Shown here piece after piece: positions 23,166 through 33,103 of a DNA stretch of 64,000 nucleotides. A model generated the notes under the pieces. It searched no databases, had not been told where the DNA came from, and saw only the letters and a list, made by a program, of their open reading frames with translations. Made by a program: the position numbers and the translations under genes. The first letter of the stretch is position 1. Every line of letters starts with the position of its first letter. Origin of the DNA: Escherichia coli (GTDB lineage Bacteria; Pseudomonadota; Gammaproteobacteria; Enterobacterales; Enterobacteriaceae); assembly GCF_009931435.1 (NCBI RefSeq), contig NZ_CP043414.1, one strand, 5' to 3'.

Positions 23166-24056
23166 ATGGAACTACGGCATTTACGCTATTTCGTCGCAGT
23201 GGCGCAGGCACTGAACTTTACCCGTGCGGCGGAAAAACTGCATACCTCACAGCCTTCGTTAAGCAGCCAGATCCGCGATCTCGAAAACTGTGTTGGTGTT
23301 CCGCTACTGGTACGTGATAAACGTAAAGTCGCGTTGACGGCGGCGGGAGAATGTTTTCTCCAGGACGCGCAGGCAATCCTGGAACAAGCGGAAAATGCCA
23401 AACAACGGGCGCGGAAAATTGTTCAGGAAGATAAGCATTTAATCATCGGTTTTGTGCCATCGGCGGAAGTGAATTTACTGCCAAAAGTATTGCCCATGTT
23501 CCGACTGAAACAGCCAGAAACTTTGATCGAATTGGTGAGTTTAATTACCACGGAACAGGAAGAAAAAATTCGCCGTGGTGAACTGGATGTCGGCTTAATG
23601 CGTCATCCTGTCTATAGCCCGGAGATTGATTATCTGGAACTTTTTGACGAACCATTAGTGGTGGTGTTGCCGGTTGATCATCCTTTAGCACAAGAAAAAG
23701 AGATCACCGCCGCGCAGCTGGATGGCGTGAATTTCGTTAGTACCGATCCGGCGTATTCCGGTTCGCTTGCGCCGATCGTTAAGGAGTGGTTTGCGCAAGA
23801 AAACAGCCAGCCGAATATCGTCCAGGTGGCAACCAATATTCTGGTAACGATGAATTTGGTGGGGATGGGGCTTGGCGTAACTTTGATACCCGGTTATATG
23901 AATAATTTTAATACCGGGCAGGTGGTATTTCGGCCAATTGCCGGAAATGTGCCTTCCATTGCCCTACTAATGGCGTGGAAGAAAGGCGAAATGAAACCGG
24001 CATTACGCGATTTCATCGCCATTGTGCAGGAACGTTTGGCAAGCGTAACGGCATAA
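23166..24056 (+). CDS. hcaR: LysR-family transcriptional activator of the hca operon
   Basis: 296 aa from MELRHLRYFVAVAQ (typical LysR N-terminal HTH); divergent from hcaE; the ORF track extends the frame to 23073. Confidence 0.85.
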   Translation: MELRHLRYFVAVAQALNFTRAAEKLHTSQPSLSSQIRDLENCVGVPLLVRDKRKVALTAAGECFLQDAQAILEQAENAKQRARKIVQEDKHLIIGFVPSAEVNLLPKVLPMFRLKQPETLIELVSLITTEQEEKIRRGELDVGLMRHPVYSPEIDYLELFDEPLVVVLPVDHPLAQEKEITAAQLDGVNFVSTDPAYSGSLAPIVKEWFAQENSQPNIVQVATNILVTMNLVGMGLGVTLIPGYMNNFNTGQVVFRPIAGNVPSIALLMAWKKGEMKPALRDFIAIVQERLASVTA

Positions 24057-24217
24057 ATACGCAATAATTTTGCAAGGTGCGTTGTGGGGCGCAGCTTTTT
24101 TAGTGCTTGCGAACAGGCGTTACAGACATCGGGAAGCAGGCTCGAATATTCTTATTTTTTCAACTTGCACCAACATTCGATTAACCCCAGACTAACGCCT
24201 CCTGACGGGAGGGACTC

Positions 24218-25357
24218 ATGGTTTTGCAATCCACGCGCTGGTTGGCGCTCGGTTATTTCACATACTTTTTTAGTTACGGCATTTTTCTACCTTTCTGGAG
24301 CGTCTGGCTTAAGGGGATTGGCTTAACGCCAGAAACTATCGGCCTGTTATTGGGGGCTGGTCTGGTTGCCCGTTTTCTCGGGAGTTTGCTCATCGCGCCA
24401 CGCGTTAGCGATCCTTCCCGCCTGATTTCCGCCTTGCGCGTACTGGCACTGTTGACACTTCTCTTTGCTGTCGCCTTCTGGGCGGGGGCGCATGTAGCGT
24501 GGTTGATGGTGGTGATGATTGGCTTTAACCTCTTTTTCTCACCGCTGGTACCGTTGACCGATGCACTGGCGAATACATGGCAAAAACAGTTCCCGCTTGA
24601 TTACGGCAAAGTGCGACTGTGGGGCTCGGTGGCGTTTGTCATTGGCTCGGCGCTGACAGGCAAACTGGTCAGTATGTTGGATTATCGGGTGATCCTCGCG
24701 CTGTTGACGTTGGGCGTGGCGTCCATGCTGCTCGGATTTCTCATTCGTCCAACGATTCAGCCACAAGGGGCTAGCCGTCAGCAGGAGAGCACGGGAGGGC
24801 CAGCCTGGCTGACACTGGTCCGCCAGAACTGGCGCTTTCTGGCCTGCGTTTGTTTATTACAGGGAGCGCATGCAGCCTATTACGGTTTTAGCGCTATTTA
24901 CTGGCAGGCAGCTGGGTATTCTGCTTCAGCGGTGGGCTATTTGTGGTCGCTGGGCGTGGTGGCAGAAGTCATTATTTTTGCGCTGAGTAATAAACTTTTC
25001 CGCCGTTGTAGTGCACGCGATATGCTGCTGATCTCGGCGATTAGCGGCGTAATGCGCTGGGGAATTATGGGAGCAACGACGGCGTTGTCGTGGTTGATAG
25101 TAGTGCAAATTCTGCATTGCGGCACCTTCACGGTCTGCCACCTGGCGGCCATGCGTTATATTGCCGCCCGCCAGGGTAGCGAAGTCATTCGTTTGCAGGC
25201 GGTTTACTCTGCCGTTGCAATGGGCGGTAGTATCGCCATCATGACCGTCTTCGCCGGTTTCCTGTATCAATATCTGGGCCACGGCGTGTTCTGGGTGATG
25301 GCGCTGGTGGCGCTTCCGGCAATGTTCTTGCGCCCGAAAGTTGTTCCCTCATGCTGA
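24218..25357 (+). CDS. hcaT: MFS transporter (probable 3-phenylpropionate uptake)
   Basis: 379 aa, multi-pass hydrophobic protein; K-12 synteny. Confidence 0.85.
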   Translation: MVLQSTRWLALGYFTYFFSYGIFLPFWSVWLKGIGLTPETIGLLLGAGLVARFLGSLLIAPRVSDPSRLISALRVLALLTLLFAVAFWAGAHVAWLMVVMIGFNLFFSPLVPLTDALANTWQKQFPLDYGKVRLWGSVAFVIGSALTGKLVSMLDYRVILALLTLGVASMLLGFLIRPTIQPQGASRQQESTGGPAWLTLVRQNWRFLACVCLLQGAHAAYYGFSAIYWQAAGYSASAVGYLWSLGVVAEVIIFALSNKLFRRCSARDMLLISAISGVMRWGIMGATTALSWLIVVQILHCGTFTVCHLAAMRYIAARQGSEVIRLQAVYSAVAMGGSIAIMTVFAGFLYQYLGHGVFWVMALVALPAMFLRPKVVPSC

Positions 25358-26629
25358 TTCGAGCATTTTGCGGATCTGATCCTGTTGGTGTGTTGTCAGC
25401 GTCAGATCTGTGTAGATCAGCGGTGGTGAAAAGAGCGGTAACGGCGTGGTGTAAGGCGCAATAATCAGTGCCGCGCCGCGTGGAGCACCTCTCTGCAAAA
25501 ATGCTTTTACCGACATATGCTTAATGTTGAGCGGCAGTAACGTTAGTTCACGTAACTGCTGCTCAATCTGCGCTTCACGCTCGCTATCATTCCCGGTCAG
25601 TAGAATAATCTGTTTTTCATGCAGGTCGTTTTCCTGCATTAGCCAGGCACCGAAAATCACCGCGACCAGACCGCTTTCCTCATCAGAAAGATGGACGCTG
25701 TATTCACTTTCAAATCCGGTCAGCGCCGCGCGGGTGGTGCGCACCAGGCGTGGGTACAGTCTGGAGAACTCTTCTGGCAGGGTGTTATCAATACCGATGG
25801 CAAACAAACTGCGATTTAACGCCTGGGCGAGGTGAGTATAAAGCTGATCGCATAACCCCTGTTCATCATAAAAACGAACATTTCCCAGCTCACGAAAATG
25901 GTTTACCAGATGTTTGATAGACTGACGCAATTGTCTATCCCGCTGATGCGCATCCCGAATTGGATCGGGAACTCGCAACATGGAAAAAAGTAATGCCATA
26001 AATAGTGGCTCATCAGGCGGTACAGGCTGAAGCGCCCGACGCTGCCAGTGGCGTCCAATTTCCTGCGCTACCTGAAATTCCAGGCAGGATTCTGCCCAGC
26101 GACGTTGGAGCGGATTAAACTGAGGCGTAATGCCAGCGTGGTGTTGCAGCAAGCAATATTGCAGATACAGACACAGGAAATGAATATCGCGCGATTCAAA
26201 GCGTTTTTGTAGCCGTCGAGAGCAGAGATTCACTAACGCTTGTAGATTGGTATCGTCGTAAAAGTTACGCGAAATTCCGCGCCGCTTTAGTTCACTCTTC
26301 AGAGCAGGTGTGAATTGGCTGGTAATAAATGACGGACACAGACGGAAACCACGTCGTAGCCAATGAAATAAACACAAACGTTGGTTAAGCACTGTGCCTT
26401 CAACCCGATAGCTACCGTCATAACCAGTAGTCAGTGTGAGTTGATGATAGCGCAGGATCTCCCGTCCTGTTTCGCTGATATCAAGACTGGCAATATCATC
26501 ATCCACACCATTAAGCTTGCTGAAGGTTGCCGTGGTGGCGGTCAACCCCGGCTGAAAGAGTGTCAGCAAGATCTGGCAGCGGCGCTGGGGAGCCGAAAGG
26601 ACAGATGGTGAAGCAAGCGTAGGCATCAT
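25349..26629 (-). CDS. csiE: Stationary-phase inducible protein CsiE
   Basis: 426 aa from MMPTLASPSVLSAPQRRCQ; 3' end overlaps the hcaT 3' end by 9 bp (convergent). Confidence 0.85.
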   Translation of the reverse strand: MMPTLASPSVLSAPQRRCQILLTLFQPGLTATTATFSKLNGVDDDIASLDISETGREILRYHQLTLTTGYDGSYRVEGTVLNQRLCLFHWLRRGFRLCPSFITSQFTPALKSELKRRGISRNFYDDTNLQALVNLCSRRLQKRFESRDIHFLCLYLQYCLLQHHAGITPQFNPLQRRWAESCLEFQVAQEIGRHWQRRALQPVPPDEPLFMALLFSMLRVPDPIRDAHQRDRQLRQSIKHLVNHFRELGNVRFYDEQGLCDQLYTHLAQALNRSLFAIGIDNTLPEEFSRLYPRLVRTTRAALTGFESEYSVHLSDEESGLVAVIFGAWLMQENDLHEKQIILLTGNDSEREAQIEQQLRELTLLPLNIKHMSVKAFLQRGAPRGAALIIAPYTTPLPLFSPPLIYTDLTLTTHQQDQIRKMLESA

Positions 26630-26819
26630 CTGTAGATCTCCCATAAGCATAATTGATAAGAATAGCTAAAGTTTGCTCAGGGAAATGGCGAAGGGAATGC
26701 TAATCATCAGAAATGTTGGCAAGCGTCACAGAATTTTTCTCATCTTAAACTGTTCTGACCAGTGGATTAGCTCGTCTAAAGGTGGATTTGTGAATGATTA
26801 TCGCGCTAGCGATCATGGG

Positions 26820-27674
26820 TTAGTTCTGCGGATTCAACGCGCTAAGGATAAAATCCACTATTTGTTCGCGATAAACATCACCGTGACGATCGGAAAAAGC
26901 ATCAATGTGTTCGCCGTCAGGGATTAAGATTAAACGTTTTGGCTCTTTTGCCAGATCATACAACTTTTGGCTGTGCTGCCATGGGATAACGTGATCGGCC
27001 TTACCGTGAATGAGTAAAACTGGGATCGGGCTGACGCTGGCGATGTAATTTTCGCCGCTGTAACTCTCATCAAGTAAGTAGCCACTGCCGGGGATCATCT
27101 GGTTGGCAATGGTTGCATAAGAGGCAAATGTGGAGTCGAGGATCACTGCACGTATGCCCTCACGATCCCCCTGACCAACGACATCAAGAATATTCGCCCC
27201 GCCAATACTCTGCCCGAACAGCACCAGTCGTTGTTGGTTTACATCACTGCGATGGCGCACCACATTGATGGCACTTAGCGTATCGTCCAGCAATCCGGCC
27301 TGAGACGGTGTGCCTTTTGATTTACCAAACCCGCGATAATCAAACATAAAAACGTTGAAATTACGCTCGGGTAACCAACTGACCAGCGGCCAGTGGGCGG
27401 ACATATTTCCGGCATTGCCGTGAGCATGAATGATGGTTGCGATGGCGTTGTCAGCGGGGCCTGTCGAAGAAGGGATAAACCAGCCTTGCAGACGAGTACC
27501 GTCCTTAGCTGTAAATTCGACGGATTCCGCCGACCAGGGGTCGGGACCGTAAATTTTGTCGTCGGGATAATAGAAGAAGTTGATGGCAACGCGCGGCACT
27601 AAATAAACGCAGAAGACAACAACAAAGAGAATAAACAGAATTTTGAGAACGCGTGTGTTCACTGGCAGTGCCAT
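26820..27674 (-). CDS. yfhR: Alpha/beta hydrolase (S9 peptidase-like)
   Basis: 284 aa from MALPVNTRV with AGGAAAGG RBS; GQSIGG nucleophile-elbow motif; an alternative start at 27701 would add 9 aa. Confidence 0.8.
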   Translation of the reverse strand: MALPVNTRVLKILFILFVVVFCVYLVPRVAINFFYYPDDKIYGPDPWSAESVEFTAKDGTRLQGWFIPSSTGPADNAIATIIHAHGNAGNMSAHWPLVSWLPERNFNVFMFDYRGFGKSKGTPSQAGLLDDTLSAINVVRHRSDVNQQRLVLFGQSIGGANILDVVGQGDREGIRAVILDSTFASYATIANQMIPGSGYLLDESYSGENYIASVSPIPVLLIHGKADHVIPWQHSQKLYDLAKEPKRLILIPDGEHIDAFSDRHGDVYREQIVDFILSALNPQN

Positions 27675-27818
27675 AACCTTTCCTTGCGACTTCTTTATCA
27701 TCCATTAATCGGGGAAAGATGGTGGGAGAGTGACGAAAGAAAGTAAAGCAGAGCGGAAGCATTTCGGAATAGCGCCTGAAAGGCGAGGGCGGGTGAGAGA
27801 AATCACCCGCCAGAGAAA

Positions 27819-28622
27819 TTAACGCTTCAGGGCGTCGCTTAACTCGTCACGCATGTTCGCCAGCATGGCTTTAACAACGCGCGGGTTACCGGCAACGATG
27901 TTACCGGTCAGCATGTAGTTATGACCACCGGTGAAGTCGCTGACGATACCGCCCGCTTCACGAACCAGCAGCTCACCTGCGGCGAAATCCCACGGACGCA
28001 GACCGATTTCAAAGAAACCGTCAACACGACCTGCGGCAACGTAAGCCAGATCCAGCGCCGCAGAACCAGTACGACGGAAGTCTGCACATTCGTTGAACAG
28101 TTTGCCGACGATGTTGATGTAAGTGGTAGCGTACTGTTTTGCTTTGAACGGGAAGCCGGTCGCCAGAATAGTACCGTCGAGATCGCGAGCGGTGCTGCCG
28201 CGCAGACGGTAGCCGTTCAGCTGTGCGCCCTGACCGCGAGTCGCGGTGAACAGTTCGTTACGCATAGGATCATAAACCACAGCAACTTCAGTGCGGCCTT
28301 TGATACGAACGGCAATAGATACCGCGAAGTGCGGCAGGCGTTTGATAAAGTTGGTAGTGCCATCCAGTGGATCGATAACCCATTGAACATCCTGATCGGT
28401 ACCTTCAAGTTCACCGCTTTCTTCGGTGATGATGGTGTGCTGTGGGTAAGATTTACGAATCGTGTCGATAATCACCGCTTCGGCAGCTTTATCTACGTTG
28501 GTCACGAAATCGTTACTGCCTTTCTGGCTCGCTTCTACAGCGTCCGGGGTTTCATAGTTTTTGGCAATTAAATTACCCGCCTTGCGCGCTGCGCGCACGG
28601 CGATGTTCAGCATCGGATGCAT
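27819..28622 (-). CDS. suhB: Inositol monophosphatase family protein SuhB
   Basis: 267 aa; IMPase motifs DPLDGT and WDFAAG. Confidence 0.95.
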   Translation of the reverse strand: MHPMLNIAVRAARKAGNLIAKNYETPDAVEASQKGSNDFVTNVDKAAEAVIIDTIRKSYPQHTIITEESGELEGTDQDVQWVIDPLDGTTNFIKRLPHFAVSIAVRIKGRTEVAVVYDPMRNELFTATRGQGAQLNGYRLRGSTARDLDGTILATGFPFKAKQYATTYINIVGKLFNECADFRRTGSAALDLAYVAAGRVDGFFEIGLRPWDFAAGELLVREAGGIVSDFTGGHNYMLTGNIVAGNPRVVKAMLANMRDELSDALKR

Positions 28623-28740
28623 CGGTCTCTCTCACTGGATGTTAAAGAACGGGAAAACGGCGCAGAGTATAGCAGCGAGATCGGCATCTGTCTTCGTTTT
28701 ATGATAAGATGCGTGAATAATCTTTAGATGAAGAAAGACA

Positions 28741-29478
28741 ATGCTGCAAAATATTCGAATTGTGCTGGTGGAGACGTCACACACCGGTAATATGGGTTCT
28801 GTTGCCCGTGCCATGAAAACAATGGGCTTAACCAATCTGTGGCTGGTTAATCCACTAGTGAAACCTGACTCCCAGGCGATTGCTCTGGCAGCAGGGGCCA
28901 GCGATGTGATTGGTAATGCTCACATTGTCGATACACTCGACGAAGCGTTAGCCGGTTGTAGCCTGGTGGTTGGCACCAGTGCACGCTCGCGCACGCTGCC
29001 GTGGCCGATGCTCGACCCGCGCGAATGCGGTTTGAAAAGCGTCGCTGAAGCGGCAAATACGCCGGTGGCACTGGTTTTTGGTCGTGAGCGTGTCGGCTTG
29101 ACCAATGAAGAGTTGCAAAAGTGCCATTATCATGTCGCCATTGCCGCTAACCCGGAATACAGTTCGCTGAACCTGGCGATGGCTGTTCAGGTTATTGCCT
29201 ATGAAGTGCGCATGGCCTGGCTGGCGACTCAGGAGAACAGCGAGCAGGTTGAACATGACGAGACGCCGTATCCGCTGGTCGATGATCTGGAACGTTTTTA
29301 CGGTCATCTTGAACAAACGCTGCTGGCAACCGGTTTTATCCGTGAAAACCATCCGGGGCAGGTGATGAATAAGCTACGTCGTCTGTTTACCCGTGCGCGC
29401 CCGGAAAGCCAGGAGTTGAATATCCTGCGCGGGATTCTGGCTTCTATTGAGCAGCAGAATAAAGGTAATAAGGCCTGA
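28741..29478 (+). CDS. trmJ: tRNA (cytidine/uridine-2'-O)-methyltransferase TrmJ
   Basis: 245 aa SpoU/TrmH-family methyltransferase; K-12 synteny upstream of iscR. Confidence 0.9.
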   Translation: MLQNIRIVLVETSHTGNMGSVARAMKTMGLTNLWLVNPLVKPDSQAIALAAGASDVIGNAHIVDTLDEALAGCSLVVGTSARSRTLPWPMLDPRECGLKSVAEAANTPVALVFGRERVGLTNEELQKCHYHVAIAANPEYSSLNLAMAVQVIAYEVRMAWLATQENSEQVEHDETPYPLVDDLERFYGHLEQTLLATGFIRENHPGQVMNKLRRLFTRARPESQELNILRGILASIEQQNKGNKA

Positions 29479-29507
29479 GGGCTAAGCCAGATAAGTGCAC
29501 GGACGGT

Positions 29508-29545
29508 CCCCTCGCCCCTTCGGGGAGAGGGTTAGGGTGAGGGGA
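29508..29545. repeat. GC-rich imperfect palindromic intergenic element
   Basis: tcccctcgcccc ttcg gggagaggg ttagggtgagggg: nested inverted repeats in the trmJ-iscR spacer; family not confidently identified. Confidence 0.3.
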
Positions 29546-29645
29546 ACAGGCCAGCGCTAATGCGAATAATTGCCCTCAACCCGCTCATGGTCTGGAAGGA
29601 CAACAGGTACAAACGCCACGATAAAAAAATGGCACTGAAGGTTAA

Positions 29646-29700
29646 ATACCCGACTAAATCAGTCAAGTAAATAGTTGACCAATTTACTCGGGAATGTCAG
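29646..29700 (+). promoter_or_regulatory. iscR promoter with IscR type-1 autoregulatory sites
   Basis: ATACCCGACTAAATCAGTCAAGTAA and AAATAGTTGACCAATTTACTCGGGAAT fit the IscR type-1 pattern ATASYYGACTRwwwYAGTCRRSTAT. Confidence 0.6.
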
Positions 29701-29778
29701 ACTTGACCCTGCTATGCAATACCCCCACTTTTACAATAAAAAACCCCGGGCAGGGGCGAGTTTGAGGTGAAGTAAGAC

Positions 29779-30267
29779 ATGAGACTGACATCTAAAGGGC
29801 GCTATGCCGTGACCGCAATGCTTGACGTTGCGCTCAACTCTGAAGCGGGCCCGGTACCGTTGGCTGATATTTCCGAACGTCAGGGAATTTCCCTTTCTTA
29901 TCTGGAACAACTGTTTTCCCGTCTGCGTAAAAATGGTCTGGTTTCCAGCGTACGCGGGCCAGGCGGTGGTTATTTGTTAGGCAAAGATGCCAGCAGCATC
30001 GCCGTTGGCGAAGTAATTAGCGCCGTTGATGAATCTGTAGATGCTACCCGTTGTCAGGGTAAAGGCGGCTGCCAGGGGGGCGATAAATGCCTGACCCACG
30101 CGCTGTGGCGTGATTTGAGCGACCGTCTCACCGGTTTTCTCAACAACATTACTTTAGGCGAACTGGTTAATAACCAGGAAGTGCTGGATGTATCTGGTCG
30201 TCAGCATACTCACGACGCGCCACGCACCCGCACACAAGACGCGATCGACGTTAAGTTACGCGCTTAA
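29779..30267 (+). CDS. iscR: Fe-S cluster assembly transcriptional regulator IscR
   Basis: 162 aa Rrf2-family regulator with a C-terminal cysteine cluster. Confidence 0.95.
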
Positions 30268-30277
30268 TTTAACCGTC

Positions 30278-30390
30278 CTGTTTCGTGTTGCATCTGCGTT
30301 GACTGCACATACTCACTCCGGTCACTTACTTATGTAAGCTCCCGGAGATTCGTAAGTTTGTCAACTTGCTGAAACCCGAAACAGTTAGGT
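30278..30390. repeat. ERIC/IRU-like imperfect palindrome in the iscR-iscS spacer
   Basis: Reverse complement reads GAATCTCCGGGAGCTTACATAAGTAAGTGACCGGAGTGAG, close to the ERIC core GTGAATCCCCAGGAGCTTACATAAGTAAGTGACTGGGGTGAGCG; flanked by the inverted repeat ctgtttcg ... cgaaacag. Confidence 0.55.
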
Positions 30391-30507
30391 TAAAGATAAC
30401 AAGATATTAGAATCAGGCCGGGGCGTATCGCGCTCCGTAAACACGGTCGTACATCCAGCCGGTAGCCTGGTTCCTTGCATTGAGTGATGTACGGAGTTTA
30501 TAGAGCA

Positions 30508-31722
30508 ATGAAATTACCGATTTATCTCGACTACTCCGCAACCACGCCGGTGGACCCGCGTGTTGCCGAGAAAATGATGCAGTTTATGACGATGGACGGA
30601 ACCTTTGGTAACCCGGCCTCCCGTTCTCACCGTTTCGGCTGGCAGGCTGAAGAAGCGGTAGATATCGCTCGTAATCAGATTGCCGATCTGGTTGGCGCTG
30701 ATCCGCGTGAAATCGTCTTTACCTCTGGTGCTACCGAATCTGACAACCTGGCGATCAAAGGTGCTGCTAACTTTTATCAGAAAAAAGGCAAGCACATCAT
30801 CACCAGCAAAACCGAACACAAAGCGGTACTGGATACCTGCCGTCAGCTGGAGCGCGAAGGTTTTGAAGTCACTTACCTGGCACCGCAGCGTAACGGTATT
30901 ATCGACCTGAAAGAACTCGAAGCAGCGATGCGTGACGACACCATCCTTGTTTCCATCATGCACGTAAATAACGAAATCGGCGTGGTGCAGGATATCGCGG
31001 CTATCGGTGAAATGTGCCGTGCTCGTGGCATTATCTATCACGTTGATGCAACCCAGAGCGTGGGCAAACTGCCTATCGACCTGAGCCAGTTGAAAGTTGA
31101 CCTGATGTCTTTCTCCGGTCACAAAATCTACGGCCCGAAAGGTATCGGTGCGCTGTATGTGCGTCGTAAACCGCGCGTACGTATCGAAGCACAAATGCAC
31201 GGCGGCGGTCACGAGCGCGGTATGCGTTCCGGTACTCTGCCTGTTCACCAGATCGTCGGGATGGGCGAAGCCTATCGCATCGCAAAAGAAGAGATGGCGA
31301 CCGAGATGGAACGCCTGCGCGGCCTGCGTAACCGTCTGTGGAACGGCATCAAAGATATCGAAGAAGTTTACCTGAACGGTGACCTGGAACACGGTGCGCC
31401 GAACATTCTCAACGTCAGCTTTAACTACGTTGAAGGTGAGTCGCTGATTATGGCGCTGAAAGACCTTGCGGTTTCTTCCGGTTCTGCCTGTACGTCAGCA
31501 AGCCTCGAACCGTCCTACGTGCTGCGCGCGCTGGGGCTGAACGACGAGCTGGCACATAGCTCTATCCGTTTCTCTTTAGGTCGTTTTACTACTGAAGAAG
31601 AGATCGACTACACCATCGAGTTAGTTCGTAAATCCATCGGTCGTCTGCGTGACCTTTCTCCGCTGTGGGAAATGTACAAGCAGGGCGTGGATCTGAACAG
31701 CATCGAATGGGCACATCATTAA
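30508..31722 (+). CDS. iscS: Cysteine desulfurase IscS
   Basis: 404 aa from [16 protein letters not shown]; PLP-lysine region [12 protein letters not shown] and active-site SSGSACTS. Confidence 0.95.
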
Positions 31723-31749
31723 TCGGTATCGGAATCAGGAGAATTTATA

Positions 31750-32136
31750 ATGGCTTACAGCGAAAAAGTTATCGATCATTACGAGAATCCGCGTAACGTG
31801 GGTTCCTTCGACAACAACGACGAGAACGTGGGCAGTGGCATGGTGGGTGCACCGGCCTGTGGCGACGTGATGAAGTTGCAGATTAAAGTCAACGATGAAG
31901 GTATCATTGAAGACGCGCGTTTTAAAACTTACGGCTGCGGTTCCGCTATCGCTTCCAGCTCCCTGGTCACCGAATGGGTGAAAGGGAAGTCTCTCGACGA
32001 AGCACAGGCGATCAAAAACACCGATATTGCTGAAGAACTTGAACTGCCGCCGGTGAAAATTCACTGTTCTATTCTGGCAGAAGACGCGATCAAAGCCGCC
32101 ATTGCGGACTATAAAAGCAAACGTGAAGCAAAATAA
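31750..32136 (+). CDS. iscU: Fe-S cluster scaffold IscU
   Basis: 128 aa; conserved Cys residues and the LPPVK motif. Confidence 0.95.
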   Translation: MAYSEKVIDHYENPRNVGSFDNNDENVGSGMVGAPACGDVMKLQIKVNDEGIIEDARFKTYGCGSAIASSSLVTEWVKGKSLDEAQAIKNTDIAEELELPPVKIHCSILAEDAIKAAIADYKSKREAK

Positions 32137-32152
32137 GAGTTGAGGTTTGGTT

Positions 32153-32476
32153 ATGTCGATTACACTGAGCGACAGTGCAGCAGCGCGAGTAAATACCTTT
32201 CTGGCTAACCGCGGCAAAGGGTTTGGCCTGCGTCTGGGTGTGAGAACCTCCGGATGTTCAGGTATGGCTTATGTACTGGAATTTGTTGACGAACCGACGC
32301 CGGAAGACATCGTGTTTGAAGACAAAGGCGTGAAAGTCGTGGTCGATGGCAAAAGCCTGCAATTTCTGGACGGTACGCAACTGGATTTCGTAAAAGAAGG
32401 CCTGAACGAAGGGTTTAAATTTACCAACCCGAACGTCAAAGATGAGTGTGGTTGCGGCGAAAGCTTCCACGTTTGA
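32153..32476 (+). CDS. iscA: Fe-S cluster insertion protein IscA
   Basis: 107 aa from [13 protein letters not shown]; C-terminal CGCGESF motif. Confidence 0.95.
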   Translation: MSITLSDSAAARVNTFLANRGKGFGLRLGVRTSGCSGMAYVLEFVDEPTPEDIVFEDKGVKVVVDGKSLQFLDGTQLDFVKEGLNEGFKFTNPNVKDECGCGESFHV

Positions 32477-32571
32477 TGCGCATACCGATAACCCCACCGT
32501 GGTCAGCTGCGCGTGGGGTTTGTTTTACCTGATTCGTCGTTATTGCGGCGGATCGCAGCCCTGAGAATGTT

Positions 32572-33087
32572 ATGGATTACTTCACCCTCTTTGGCTTGCC
32601 TGCCCGTTATCAACTCGATACCCAGGCACTGAGCCTGCGTTTTCAGGATCTACAACGTCAGTATCATCCTGATAAATTCGCCAGCGGAAGCCAGGCGGAA
32701 CAACTCGCCGCCGTACAGCAATCTGCAACCATTAACCAGGCCTGGCAAACGCTGCGTCATCCGTTAATGCGCGCGGAATATTTACTTTCTTTGCACGGTT
32801 TTGATCTCGCCAGCGAGCAGCATACTGTGCGCGACACCGCGTTCCTGATGGAACAGCTGGAGCTTCGCGAAGAACTGGACGAGATCGAACAGGCGAAAGA
32901 TGAAGCACGGCTGGAAAGCTTTATCAAACGTGTGAAAAAGATGTTTGATACCCGCCATCAGTTGATGGTTGAACAGTTAGACAACGAGACGTGGGACGCG
33001 GCGGCGGATACCGTGCGTAAGCTGCGTTTTCTCGATAAACTGCGAAGCAGTGCCGAACAACTCGAAGAAAAACTGCTCGATTTTTAA
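32572..33087 (+). CDS. hscB: Co-chaperone HscB (J-domain protein)
   Basis: 171 aa; HPD motif in QRQYHPDKF. Confidence 0.9.
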   Translation: MDYFTLFGLPARYQLDTQALSLRFQDLQRQYHPDKFASGSQAEQLAAVQQSATINQAWQTLRHPLMRAEYLLSLHGFDLASEQHTVRDTAFLMEQLELREELDEIEQAKDEARLESFIKRVKKMFDTRHQLMVEQLDNETWDAAADTVRKLRFLDKLRSSAEQLEEKLLDF

Positions 33088-33103
33088 TTTCTGGAAGCTA
33101 AAC

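Noticed and set aside
30514-31392. 292-aa minus-strand ORF inside iscS
   Set aside because: Antisense shadow of iscS, whose PLP and active-site motifs are intact on the plus strand.
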